Shown here in pieces: positions 6,681 to 15,558 of a DNA stretch of 64,000 nt; position 1 is the first letter of the stretch, and every line of letters begins with the position of its first letter. Below the pieces are notes generated by a model. The model saw only the letters and a list, made by a program, of their open reading frames with translations, was not told the DNA's origin and made no database searches. The position numbers and the translations under genes were made by a program. Origin of the DNA: Planctomycetota bacterium (GTDB lineage Bacteria > Planctomycetota > UBA1135 > GCA-002748355); the NCBI GenBank assembly GCA_020426005.1, contig JAGQQW010000002.1, positions 8,855 to 72,854 on the forward strand, written 5' to 3'.

Positions 6681-9413
6681 TCAAGAACGCGTGAGCGCGC
6701 GAGCTGGTCGCACACCGCAGTTGGCATGTCGCACGCCGGGTCCGAGCGACCAGCGCATCGACGAGCGGCCCATCTCCGGACCGACGGCGTACGAGCCACC
6801 TCGTTGCACTCGTCGTGTTTCGGGCAGCGCAGTGTCGCCGCGCAACGAGTCCTCGCCTTCGACCGGGTGTCGATAGCTGAGGAAACCGTCGCGACACCAC
6901 TCCCACACGTTTCCATGCATGTTGTGGAAGCCCCAAGCGTTGGGTTTGAGCGCATCGACGCGTGCGTGGGCGGCGAATCCATCGCCATGCGGGATCCACG
7001 ACGAGTTGGGCTTCGTGTCGCGAATGGATGCCGCTGCGTCGTCTGCGAAGTTGGCGTAGCCCTCGAGCGTCGCGACCTCGTTTCCGGTCGACCACAAGGT
7101 GTCACCACCGGCGCGGCACGCGTATTCCCACTGCGCTTCGGTTGGCAACATGAGGGCGTCGAATTCGAAGAGTTCGGCGCAGTCGTTCCAGCTGATGCGT
7201 TCGACGGGGTGCACGTCGGTAAACACGAGTCCTACTCGCGTGCGTTCGGCGTCGTCCAGCGTCTTTCCGTCGGCGAGGAAGCGACTCACGTCGGCATCCT
7301 TGTTGTGCAAGCTCGGCCGACCGCCACGTGACAATCGCGCCCACTGCCCTTGCGTCATCTCGTACTTCGACAGGAAGAACGCCGTTGGAAGACCCACGGT
7401 GTGTACCGGCGCTTCCCAAGCTGCTGCGTTCTTGTGATAGCGCACGCGACCCGGATCCTCCGGTTGTTGACCCATTGTGAACGTGCCCGGCGGCACGAGC
7501 ACGAAGACGAGGCCGGTGTCTTCGTCGATCGCGAGACGCCCACTCTCAGCGTCGCGAACAGGCGCGCGGCCGCTCCGCAGGTGAGTGAACTCGAAGAGTC
7601 CCGACTCCGGATCGCGTCCGAGCGGGACCAAACCGATCTGCGGCTCGAGCACGAGGTTGTACCTCGGGTCGTCGCGCACGGAGCGAATGGTGGCGTCCCA
7701 CTTGGCCCTGTGTTCGTCGATCGAACGTGCCTGGATCGTCTCTGCCCAACGCTTGCGTTCGGAGACGAACTCGAACGCGCCGCGTTCGCCGAAGAACTCT
7801 TCGAGCTCGTTGTGAGTTGCAAGAAGTTGACCGAAGAGGAAGCGCTCGGCGCGATCGATGTCGCGCGCGTCCTCGCCACCGAGCGCACGATCCGATCGAT
7901 CAGCGTCGGCGTTGGCCGAGGTCACGTCGTCGATCGCAGTGCCGTGCAGCGCGCGCATGTCGACGAGCGCGCGTTCGATCTCGGGCTTGCGTCGCCGCAG
8001 CGGTTCGCCGAGCTCCTGCATCCACTTGGCGAACTTGGCGCTCTCCGAGGGCCACGCGGGCCGGATCGTGCGCGCCTCCTCGCGAGCCTGGGAAAGCATC
8101 GCGACACTTGCGAGCAAGCGATAACGCTGCTGACTTCGTTCGAGCTCGGTACGAGCGAGCGTCTCGCGGCGCGCAGCGTCGTTGGCGCGAACCATTGCGG
8201 TCGTCGTCGAGACGATGCCGGCGATCAAAGCGACGACGAAGAGGCCGCATGCTAGCGCGGCGACGCGGTGCTTTCGAAGCAGCTTCGCGAACCGATAGCT
8301 TCGGCTCGGCGGGCGCGCGTGCACCGGCTCGTGTTCGAGGTAGCGACGCAGGTCGTCGGCGAGTTGGAGTGGCGTCTGGTAGCGGCGCTTGCGGTCCTTC
8401 TCGAGTGCGTGGCGCACGATCCAATCGAGGTCACCGCGCACATCTCGTCGCAAGGTGCGTGCGTCGCTCGCTCGTTGTCGAGCACGCTCGGTGCAGACAT
8501 CGTCATCGACGAGATAGGAAAGGAGTGGGGGGGCCGGCTCTTCCTGCAGGATGCGGAACATCTCGGCAGGGTTCGTGTTGCGCAGGCGCTCTGCATCGAA
8601 TGGCAAAGCGCCGGAGAGCAGCTCGTAGAGCAACGTGCCGAGTGCGTACACGTCCGCTCGTGCATCGAGGTCATGGGGCTGCCATGCCGCCTGCTCGGGG
8701 CTCATGTATTCGGGAGTCCCAACGAGTTGCCCGTGCGAGGTGTAGACGGTGCCGTCCGTCAGCGCGCCATGCGTCGCTTTGGCGACACCGAAGTCGATGA
8801 CCTTGGGCATCGGTCGCCCGTCGTCTCCGGTTCCGACGATCACGTTCGACGGCTTGAGGTCGCGATGGATGATGCCCTTGCTGTGTGCGTGTTGGATCGC
8901 TTCGCAGACGAGTAGGAGGATCTCGATGCGCTGTCGAATCGTCAGCGTGTTCGCATTGCAGTACTGCGTGATCGGTTGACCTGGCACGTACTCCATCGCG
9001 AAGTAGGGGCGCCCTTCGTCGGTGCGGCCCGCATCGAACACGCGGGCGATGTTTGCATGGTTCATCAGCGCGAGTGCTTGACGCTCGGCTTCGAAGCGCC
9101 GAATGACCTCGCGCGTGTCCATGCCGAGCTTGATGACCTTGAGCGCGACCTTGCGTCGTACCGGTTGGCGTTGTTCGGCAAGATAGACCGTGCCCATGCC
9201 GCCGTGCCCGAGCTTGTCGAGTATGCGATAGGGACCGATGTGTTCCGGCTCGTCCGTGGACTTGACGAGTCCCATGCCGGCAATCCGTTGTACGCGCTTG
9301 CGGATCGTGTCGGCGTGGTCCGGGTGCGCGGCACAGATCGCATCGATCTTGCTCCAATTGCCACCCTCGAGGGCATCGAGACAATCGGCGACGAGCTGTT
9401 CGAGGTCAGCCAT
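6681..9413 (-). CDS. Ser/Thr protein kinase with transmembrane segment and C-terminal formylglycine-generating-enzyme (FGE/SUMF1) domain
   Basis: Kinase motifs GHGGMGTVYLAEQ, VALKVIK, HRDLKPSNVIV, DFGVAK, GTPEYMSPEQ. TM segment VAALACGLFVVALIAGIV. FGE-domain motifs PVERISWNDC, NAWGFHNMHGNVWEWC, RVQRGGSY. Confidence 0.9.
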   Translation of the reverse strand: MADLEQLVADCLDALEGGNWSKIDAICAAHPDHADTIRKRVQRIAGMGLVKSTDEPEHIGPYRILDKLGHGGMGTVYLAEQRQPVRRKVALKVIKLGMDTREVIRRFEAERQALALMNHANIARVFDAGRTDEGRPYFAMEYVPGQPITQYCNANTLTIRQRIEILLLVCEAIQHAHSKGIIHRDLKPSNVIVGTGDDGRPMPKVIDFGVAKATHGALTDGTVYTSHGQLVGTPEYMSPEQAAWQPHDLDARADVYALGTLLYELLSGALPFDAERLRNTNPAEMFRILQEEPAPPLLSYLVDDDVCTERARQRASDARTLRRDVRGDLDWIVRHALEKDRKRRYQTPLQLADDLRRYLEHEPVHARPPSRSYRFAKLLRKHRVAALACGLFVVALIAGIVSTTTAMVRANDAARRETLARTELERSQQRYRLLASVAMLSQAREEARTIRPAWPSESAKFAKWMQELGEPLRRRKPEIERALVDMRALHGTAIDDVTSANADADRSDRALGGEDARDIDRAERFLFGQLLATHNELEEFFGERGAFEFVSERKRWAETIQARSIDEHRAKWDATIRSVRDDPRYNLVLEPQIGLVPLGRDPESGLFEFTHLRSGRAPVRDAESGRLAIDEDTGLVFVLVPPGTFTMGQQPEDPGRVRYHKNAAAWEAPVHTVGLPTAFFLSKYEMTQGQWARLSRGGRPSLHNKDADVSRFLADGKTLDDAERTRVGLVFTDVHPVERISWNDCAELFEFDALMLPTEAQWEYACRAGGDTLWSTGNEVATLEGYANFADDAAASIRDTKPNSSWIPHGDGFAAHARVDALKPNAWGFHNMHGNVWEWCRDGFLSYRHPVEGEDSLRGDTALPETRRVQRGGSYAVGPEMGRSSMRWSLGPGVRHANCGVRPARALTRS

Positions 9414-9704
9414 GCGGCAGTGTTATCAGGTCCACGAGAGGAGGGTCGTGAGGTCCGATTCCGTTCGTGGATTTCGTGGAAATGGAGAAAGCCCCCGGTG
9501 ACCCCGGATTCGCTGGCCCGACGACTGCCAAACAGCGGATCAACAACCCGTCTCGCATTCCGATGCCGCACGCCGACTCGCCGAGGGCCTCGAGGTCTCG
9601 GTCAGTCGAGGAGGATAGCGAAAAACGAAACCGCGCGAACGTTTCGGGATCGCCCGACCCTCTCCTTCGCAATCGACATTCGAAACCAGAAGGAGACAAG
9701 AACG

Positions 9705-10529
9705 ATGGATACCCAAATGCAGCAGTCCCGCGAGATCTCGAGCCGTTTTGCTCCCCTCGCATCCAACGTCCGCGCGGCCCAGACCTGGGGCGGCGGCGGC
9801 CGCGGCTACGAGGTCATCAGCCGCCAGATCGCCAACATCATCGAGCATTGCATCGACCGCCTCGACCCGCAGCGCGGGGAGCGCATTCTCGATGTCGCTA
9901 CCGGCACGGGTTGGGCGGCTCGCCGTGTCGCGCGTCGCGGCGCCGAGTGTGTCGGTGTCGACTTCGCTGCCGGAGTGCTCGAGGTCGCGAGGGATCTGGC
10001 GATGCCGGGCACGAGCTTCGCGATCGCGGACGCCGAGGCGCTTCCGTACGAGGATGGGGAGTTCGATGGTGTGCTGTCGACGTTCGGCGTCATGTTCTGC
10101 GCGAACCCCGAGGCGGCGGCGTCCGAACTCGCCCGCGTGTGCCGTCCCGGCGGCCGTATGGCCCTGGCCGTCTGGCCTGCGCACGGTGGCGTGCACGAGA
10201 TGTTCAAGGTCTTGACGCGCTTCGCGCAGAAGCCCGGTCCCTCGCCGTTCGCGTGGGCCGAGACCGAGCAACTCGAACGCCTCTTCGGCCACAGCTTCGA
10301 CATCGCGGTCGAGGACGCCGTCAGCTACTACCGCGAGCCGGATGGCGCGTCGGCGTGGCAGAGCTTCGTCAACGGCTATGGGCCGATTCGCACGGTCGCC
10401 GACAGCCTCAGCGCGAGCGATCGCATGAGCCTCGAGCGCGCCTTCGTCGAGTTGCACGAAGAGTATCGGACGCCGCTCGGTGTGCTCATGCCGCGGCCGT
10501 ATCGAATCGTCGTCGGCCGACGTCGCTGA
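9705..10529 (+). CDS. class I SAM-dependent methyltransferase
   Basis: ATG at 9705 with AGGAGA 8 nt upstream. ILDVATGTGWAARRVARRG (motif I). DGEFDGVLSTFGVMF and LARVCRPGGRMALAVW fit Methyltransf_11-type enzymes. Confidence 0.85.
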   Translation: MDTQMQQSREISSRFAPLASNVRAAQTWGGGGRGYEVISRQIANIIEHCIDRLDPQRGERILDVATGTGWAARRVARRGAECVGVDFAAGVLEVARDLAMPGTSFAIADAEALPYEDGEFDGVLSTFGVMFCANPEAAASELARVCRPGGRMALAVWPAHGGVHEMFKVLTRFAQKPGPSPFAWAETEQLERLFGHSFDIAVEDAVSYYREPDGASAWQSFVNGYGPIRTVADSLSASDRMSLERAFVELHEEYRTPLGVLMPRPYRIVVGRRR

Positions 10530-10540
10530 GCGAGTTCGCG

Positions 10541-11403
10541 TCAGCGCAGCAGCAAGACCGGGCCGGAGCTGTATCCGACGGCCGGCCCGAACTGCGCCGT
10601 GCCCGTGAACGTCGTCGAGCTGGAGACCGTGTTGACGCTCTCCGAGTCACCGAGAACGATCGAAATCACCTGCGTGGTGTAGAGCCCCACCGGTCCGGGA
10701 CCCGTGTGCAGCACTTGTGCGAAGAGCGGGAATGCGCTTCCCGTCGCTGGCCTTGGGATCTTGGCGGAGAGAAACCTGCTGCCCAGCCCGAACGGGGGAA
10801 CCGGCAACGTGACGAGTGGAGCCACTCCGAGATCGCAACCCGTCATTCCGAGGATGGGCCCGAGATCCAGCGGGAGGTTCAAGCTTCCGTACCTCTGGCT
10901 GTCGACGCCGAGCATGACGAAATAGGCCTCCGTCGTCGACGCGGGACCGACCTGAATCACGCAGTCCTGTTGACTCTTCGTGTACCAGATCGATAGGCCT
11001 GCACCGCTACAGTTGCGGCCGAAACGCCACCCGAACTGGGTTGCGGGTTCTCGAAGGATGGAATCGACGTCGTAGCCGGTGTTGACCGGCGGGGATGACA
11101 TCTGGACGTCGACCTGTACGAGCAGATCGGGGCCGGTGAACACGAAAGGGACGTCCGCCGGCAACCACACGGCCGGGACCGTGGAGTCGGTCGGCAGCCC
11201 GAGTGCAGGCAATGGACGATCTTCATGCTGAAGAACGTCACGGCGTTCGTCGTCAAGTTCGCGGCGTACGTCGTCGAGAGTGATCGCGTCGTGGCGAGCG
11301 TCGAGTTGTCGAGCACGACTTCGAGACGAGTCGTCTGCGCTGTGACCGAAATCTTGTCGTCGAGTCGCCAACCGATCGCAGCGATCGTCGACGACTTCGT
11401 CAT
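10541..11403 (-). pseudogene. secreted-protein paralogue with an apparent 1-nt frameshift near 11200-11225
   Basis: High-GC3 coding sense runs in the frame of ORF 10957..12822 from ATG 11403 (MTKSSTIAAIGWRLDDKISVTAQTTRLEVVLDNSTLATT...FFSMKIV). It then switches to the frame of ORF 10541..11518 (PLPALGLPTDSTVPAVWLPADVPFVFTGPDLL...). The C-terminus resembles that of the divergent neighbour. Confidence 0.45.
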
Positions 11404-11613
11404 GCCGTGCAGGTAGATCTCGTTGACATCGTGTTCCTGGGGTGCGTTCTCGGGCGGTTCCCGCACGCTTTCGCAGCGTGTTGAACAACTCGGTCGCGTG
11501 CCGAGTGCGTGAGTGCAAGCACGGGCCGGGACGTCACGGGGAAAGTCAGGAAAACGATCGAGCGCTCGAACGCTGAGCCGAGGTTCGACCCTTCTCCGAG
11601 CACCAGGAGAAGA

Positions 11614-12831
11614 ATGATGAAGAACTACAAGAACACTCTCGCAATCGCCGCCCTCAGCCTCTTTGCCGGAAGCGCTTTCGCGCAGGGCAATCTCGACGTC
11701 AGCGCGCTTGCCGCCCCCGCCAACCTCGATCCCGGAGCCAACGTCGAAGTCTCCGTCTGGATCACGAACCGCAGCACGAAGCCGATCGACGTGACCACGG
11801 TCACCGGCCTCTTCCTCTCGACGAACTCGGTCATCTCGACCGGCGATACTCCTCTCGGACGCTTCACGACGCCGAAGTTGGCCGCCAACGAAACCGTCAA
11901 GCGCATCGTGCGCATCAACGTGCCGCTCGATATCGGCGTCGGCACTTGCTACATCGGAGCGTTCGCGGACGTCGACCGCACGTATGCCGAGTCCAACGAG
12001 AACGACAACACCGCCGCCAAGGCAACCAACTGTCGCGGCATGGCGGACCTGCGCGTCAAGTCCTTGACGACCGCGTCGAAGTTCGCTCGTGGCGACTACT
12101 TCATCGCATCGACCGTCCTCGAGAACCGTGGTGGTGTCGATGCGCCAGCCTTCAACGTCGGCGTGTTCCTTTCCCAGGACGCCAACTACAGCAACGGAGA
12201 CGCTCGACTCTCGACCAAGACCATCAGCAGTCTCGCCAAGGGAGCTTCCGTCTCGACGACACTGTCCTTCACGATCCCGGCCCTGATGCCGATTCAGAAC
12301 TACTACTTGCTGATCGTCACGGATTGGGATCGGCGTGTGTTCGAGTTCGACGAAACCAACAACACGCTCGCCAAGCTGATCGAAGTCTTCGCGAACGGCG
12401 AGAGCCGCGCCTTCGGCACGGCTTGCGCGGGCTCGGGTGGCATGCCGCTTCACAGTGTCAAGCCGCGTGACGGTGCGACCTATCCTCGGATCGGCTACGG
12501 CATCCAGTTCGACGTGCGCAACGCACGGGTCTTCGCTCCCGCACTCTGCACGATCGGCTTCTCGAGCCAGAACTGGGGCGCGATCCCGCTGCCGCTCGCT
12601 CTGCGCGACATCGGCGGTGGCCTGTGCCAACTCCATGTCAGCATGGACATCACGATCCCGTTCGCGACGGGAGCGACCGGCTTCGGCGGCACCTACTTCA
12701 AAGTGCCTCTGGACGAGCGTTTGATCGGCCTCACGGTCTACAGCCAGGCGCTGATCGTCGACGACGGTGCCAACAACTTGGGGATCAACGCCTCGAACGC
12801 GATGCGCACCACCTTCGGCCACGAGAAGTGA
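11614..12831 (+). CDS. secreted protein with two CARDB-like domains and a C-terminal beta-rich module
   Basis: AGGAGA then ATGATG at 11614. Signal peptide MMKNYKNTLAIAALSLFAGSAFAQ. Two repeats of the CARDB pattern (DL.V..L......G......V.N.G...A..F.V..FLS.......D..L.......L......ESNENDN / FDETNN). Confidence 0.75.
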   Translation: MMKNYKNTLAIAALSLFAGSAFAQGNLDVSALAAPANLDPGANVEVSVWITNRSTKPIDVTTVTGLFLSTNSVISTGDTPLGRFTTPKLAANETVKRIVRINVPLDIGVGTCYIGAFADVDRTYAESNENDNTAAKATNCRGMADLRVKSLTTASKFARGDYFIASTVLENRGGVDAPAFNVGVFLSQDANYSNGDARLSTKTISSLAKGASVSTTLSFTIPALMPIQNYYLLIVTDWDRRVFEFDETNNTLAKLIEVFANGESRAFGTACAGSGGMPLHSVKPRDGATYPRIGYGIQFDVRNARVFAPALCTIGFSSQNWGAIPLPLALRDIGGGLCQLHVSMDITIPFATGATGFGGTYFKVPLDERLIGLTVYSQALIVDDGANNLGINASNAMRTTFGHEK

Positions 12832-12913
12832 GCGGCACGCGTTCGATCAACCTTGACACTCGGAGCAAGGGCATTCTGACCACAATACTCTGAACGAAGC
12901 TCTCATTGCTTCT

Positions 12914-12951
12914 GCGAGTCGCATCCGCCGAGTCCGGTGGGTGCGACTCGC
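12914..12951. terminator. perfect 10-bp-stem hairpin between convergent genes (candidate bidirectional terminator)
   Basis: GCGAGTCGCA (12914-12923) pairs with TGCGACTCGC (12942-12951) over an 18-nt loop. Flanked by direct CTCATTGC copies at 12902 and 12951. No U-tract. Confidence 0.45.
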
Positions 12952-12991
12952 TCATTGCGTTGCGTGGTCTCGTGACGATTGGTGATGCCGA

Positions 12992-14374
12992 TCAGTCGTG
13001 CAGGAACGAGCGCAGCTTGCAACGCACGCGCGAGCAATAATCCGCGAACTGACCACGAATGAGACGCTTGCGGAACTCTCGGTACGTCGCGCCGTACCAG
13101 ATCTCACGGAAGCTGTTCTCGCGAACATTGCCCATGACCTCATCGCTGAAACAACACGGCATGACATCGCCGGTCGCAGTGATGAACGCGGAGTCGAAGC
13201 CGACGGAGCAGCGTTTCGCGGGGACATACACGTCGCGCGCTGGCTGCGGTGGGGGAGACACGTCGGCATGCTCGGGGTCGCACGAGCCGGTGGTCCTTGC
13301 CTTGACGGTGCCTGCGCAGCTTTTGTTGTTCGTCGTATCCGTCGTATCCGTCGTGCTCGTTGTGCTCGTCGTGACAGGCACACCGGCTGGCGCGACGCTC
13401 GCGCCTCCAGGCTCGGTTTCGCGTGTCCTAGAGCCGACTTCCTGCAGCTCGCGGGCGAGCTCGTCGGGTTCTTGTTCCGGCGTCAAGTCGAAGGGCTCGA
13501 ACGGTAGTTCGGGGGCATCGACGATTTCGCTCTCGTGAAGGACTGCGATTTCGAGTGCGTTCGAGGTGATCGACGAGCGGCTCGCGCACTCGCGCAAGAG
13601 GCGAGCGGCTTCGCGGTGCTCGTCTTTGGTCAACCGGAACTGTGGCGACAGCGCGAAGATGATCTCGAAGACCATGTGATCGACGCCGACTTCGTGAGCG
13701 AACGCGAACATCTGCGGAATCGTGTGCAGGTTGAGACGCTGGATCACGAAATGCGCTTCGATGCCAACCGAGTTTGCGGCGCGTTCGTTGCGATACTTCA
13801 CGAGGCGCGAGAGATTGTCGTGCAGGCGCTCGAAGTTGTCGCGGTCATGAACTGCGCGATACGTGTCGCGATCTCCTGCGTGGATCGAGAACCGCGTCTT
13901 GTCCCAGTTCATGTCGACGAGTGCGCGCGCAGATTGTTCGTCGAGGAGCGTGCCGTTGCTCATCAAGTAGCCGCGCCAGCCGCGCTTCTTGACTTCGGAC
14001 ATGATGTCGAGGCACTCCGGGTGCACGAGCGGTTCACCACCACCGACGACGTTGACTTCGGTCAGGCCGCGAGGCATGCCATCGAAGAGGGCCACGTAGT
14101 CGGTGAGCGCCATGCGCTCGGTCTTGTCGATCTTGACGAGCGATTGGAGTGTCGCGGGCTCCAAGTGCTGCAGCCAGCACATGCGGCATGCGTGATTGCA
14201 GATCGCGCCCATGGGGTTGAGGCGGATCTGCGCCGGGCCGAGAAGCGCGCGTTCGGTGGTCGCACTCGCACGACGAACGCCGTGAACCACGGCGCCGCGC
14301 AGGCCGAGCCGGCGAATGCCGTGCACGATTTCGGAAGGGCGCGCCGCGAATGCGAGTAGGGAGAGTTTCGACAT
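12992..14374 (-). CDS. radical SAM enzyme with C-terminal SPASM/twitch-like Cys cluster and an internal Thr-rich insertion
   Basis: CX3CX2C motif CNHACRMC. GGGEPLVHPE. C-terminal CSVGFDSAFITATGDVMPCC and YCSRVRC. About 90 aa of low-complexity insert (VTTSTTSTTDTTDTTNNK...) lies between the barrel and the Cys-rich tail. Confidence 0.85.
   Translation of the reverse strand: MSKLSLLAFAARPSEIVHGIRRLGLRGAVVHGVRRASATTERALLGPAQIRLNPMGAICNHACRMCWLQHLEPATLQSLVKIDKTERMALTDYVALFDGMPRGLTEVNVVGGGEPLVHPECLDIMSEVKKRGWRGYLMSNGTLLDEQSARALVDMNWDKTRFSIHAGDRDTYRAVHDRDNFERLHDNLSRLVKYRNERAANSVGIEAHFVIQRLNLHTIPQMFAFAHEVGVDHMVFEIIFALSPQFRLTKDEHREAARLLRECASRSSITSNALEIAVLHESEIVDAPELPFEPFDLTPEQEPDELARELQEVGSRTRETEPGGASVAPAGVPVTTSTTSTTDTTDTTNNKSCAGTVKARTTGSCDPEHADVSPPPQPARDVYVPAKRCSVGFDSAFITATGDVMPCCFSDEVMGNVRENSFREIWYGATYREFRKRLIRGQFADYCSRVRCKLRSFLHD
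13331..13375. repeat. 9-bp x5 in-frame tandem repeat inside the radical SAM gene
   Basis: CGTCGTATC CGTCGTATC CGTCGTGCT CGTTGTGCT CGTCGTGAC. It encodes VTTSTTSTTDTTDTT on the minus strand. Confidence 0.85.
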
Positions 14375-14410
14375 CGTAGCTACTCGAAGATACCACGGTC
14401 GAAACGCTCG

Positions 14411-15085
14411 ATGGGCAGCGACGCGCTGCTACGCTTGCCGTCCATGCGCGCCGCACTCTTCGATCTCGACGGAACCCTCGCAGACACGATGCCGGTGTGC
14501 TTCGACGCGTTTCGCGCGGTGTTCCTGGAGGCATTCGGGCGCGAGTGGTCGAATTCCGAGATCCAAGAGCACTTCGGCCCATCCGAGGAAGGGGTGCTGC
14601 GGAGTGTTCTGGGGGGCGAGCGAGAAGCGGAAGCGACCGAGCGCTACCTCGAGCACTACGAACGGCTTCATCGAGCGGTGCCCGGTCTCTTCGATGGCAT
14701 CGATCGAGTGCTCGATCGATGCAGAACGGCTGGTATGCGACGCGGAATCGTCACCGGCAAAGGCGCACGCAGTGCGCGCATTTCGGCCGAACAGCTGGGG
14801 CTCGATGCGCACTTCGAGGTTCTCGAGGCGGGTTCGGCAGAGGGTTGGCAGAAGATCGACCGGCTCCAGAGAATCCTCGATGCATGGGGGCTCACCGGAG
14901 CGGATGGCTTCTACGTCGGTGATCACCCGAGCGATGTCCGTGCAGCGCGCGAACTCGGCCTGGTTGCCTTGTCGGCTGCGTGGTGCCCGCTCGCCGACAT
15001 CGAAGCATTGCGGAATATGGAACCGGACGCGCTCTTCGAGTCCCCTTCGGACATGGTCCGTTGGCTCGACGAGCGGCTGGAGTGA
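14411..15085 (+). CDS. HAD-superfamily hydrolase (phosphoglycolate phosphatase-like)
   Basis: Motif I FDLDGTLADT, motif II IVTGK, motif IV YVGDHPSDV. An alternative ATG at 14444 (MRAALFDLDGT) is equally plausible. Confidence 0.85.
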   Translation: MGSDALLRLPSMRAALFDLDGTLADTMPVCFDAFRAVFLEAFGREWSNSEIQEHFGPSEEGVLRSVLGGEREAEATERYLEHYERLHRAVPGLFDGIDRVLDRCRTAGMRRGIVTGKGARSARISAEQLGLDAHFEVLEAGSAEGWQKIDRLQRILDAWGLTGADGFYVGDHPSDVRAARELGLVALSAAWCPLADIEALRNMEPDALFESPSDMVRWLDERLE

Positions 15086-15138
15086 CCGGCTGCCGACGAA
15101 CGGACGGCAGCTTCCGGATGTGCGGGACCGACAACAGA

Positions 15139-15174
15139 ACGCGCCCCGGTGATCCGAAGATCGCCGGGGCGCGT
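15139..15174 (+). terminator. 11-bp-stem GC hairpin downstream of the HAD gene
   Basis: ACGCGCCCCGG (15139-15149) pairs with CCGGGGCGCGT (15164-15174) over a 14-nt loop. A weaker hairpin GCTGCCG/CGGCAGC lies at 15089-15111. Followed by a CT-rich tract with three TCTCAT copies, not a clean U-tract. Confidence 0.45.
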
Positions 15175-15558
15175 CCTGTCTCTCATCGTCTATCTCTCAT
15201 CCTCTCATTGCGACCGTGACCCATCGTCGGGTAGCTCGCTCGTCACGCATGCGTTCGGAATCGATGGTGTTTCGTGCTTGCGGAGCCATCTCCGTTTCTG
15301 GTTGCGGTCGCGCGCGGGCTCTCACCTCCGCGCACACTGTGTAGAGCGTGAGAACTCCCGATCACGTGACAGGCTTTTTCGACTTTTTCTCGCTGGGCAC
15401 GCACGCGCGTCCTCCGTGCCGCCAGCGTTGCTGGACGCGCGCCTCGGGCCGTGCGCGAGCACTCCCCGAGAGCATCCGACGTTCGCGGTCCGCCCCCTCT
15501 CGTCCCTCCGAGCCTCGCGCATCGGACGGGGGCCGTCGCGTGCTCTATCCTCGGACAC

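Noticed and set aside
6635-6727. Longer ECF sigma start at ATG 6727
   Set aside because: That start would overlap the kinase 3' end by 47 nt and add a non-conserved MPTAVCDQLARSRVLDG... leader. TTG 6634 has a well-spaced GGAG and gives a typical ECF N-terminus. The ATG is kept as an alternative only.
9431-9480. TCCACGA ... TCGTGGA-N2-TCGTGGA inverted/direct heptamers in the kinase / methyltransferase divergent region
   Set aside because: The motifs are short and could arise by chance in GC-rich DNA. There is no supporting second site or adjacent regulator gene.
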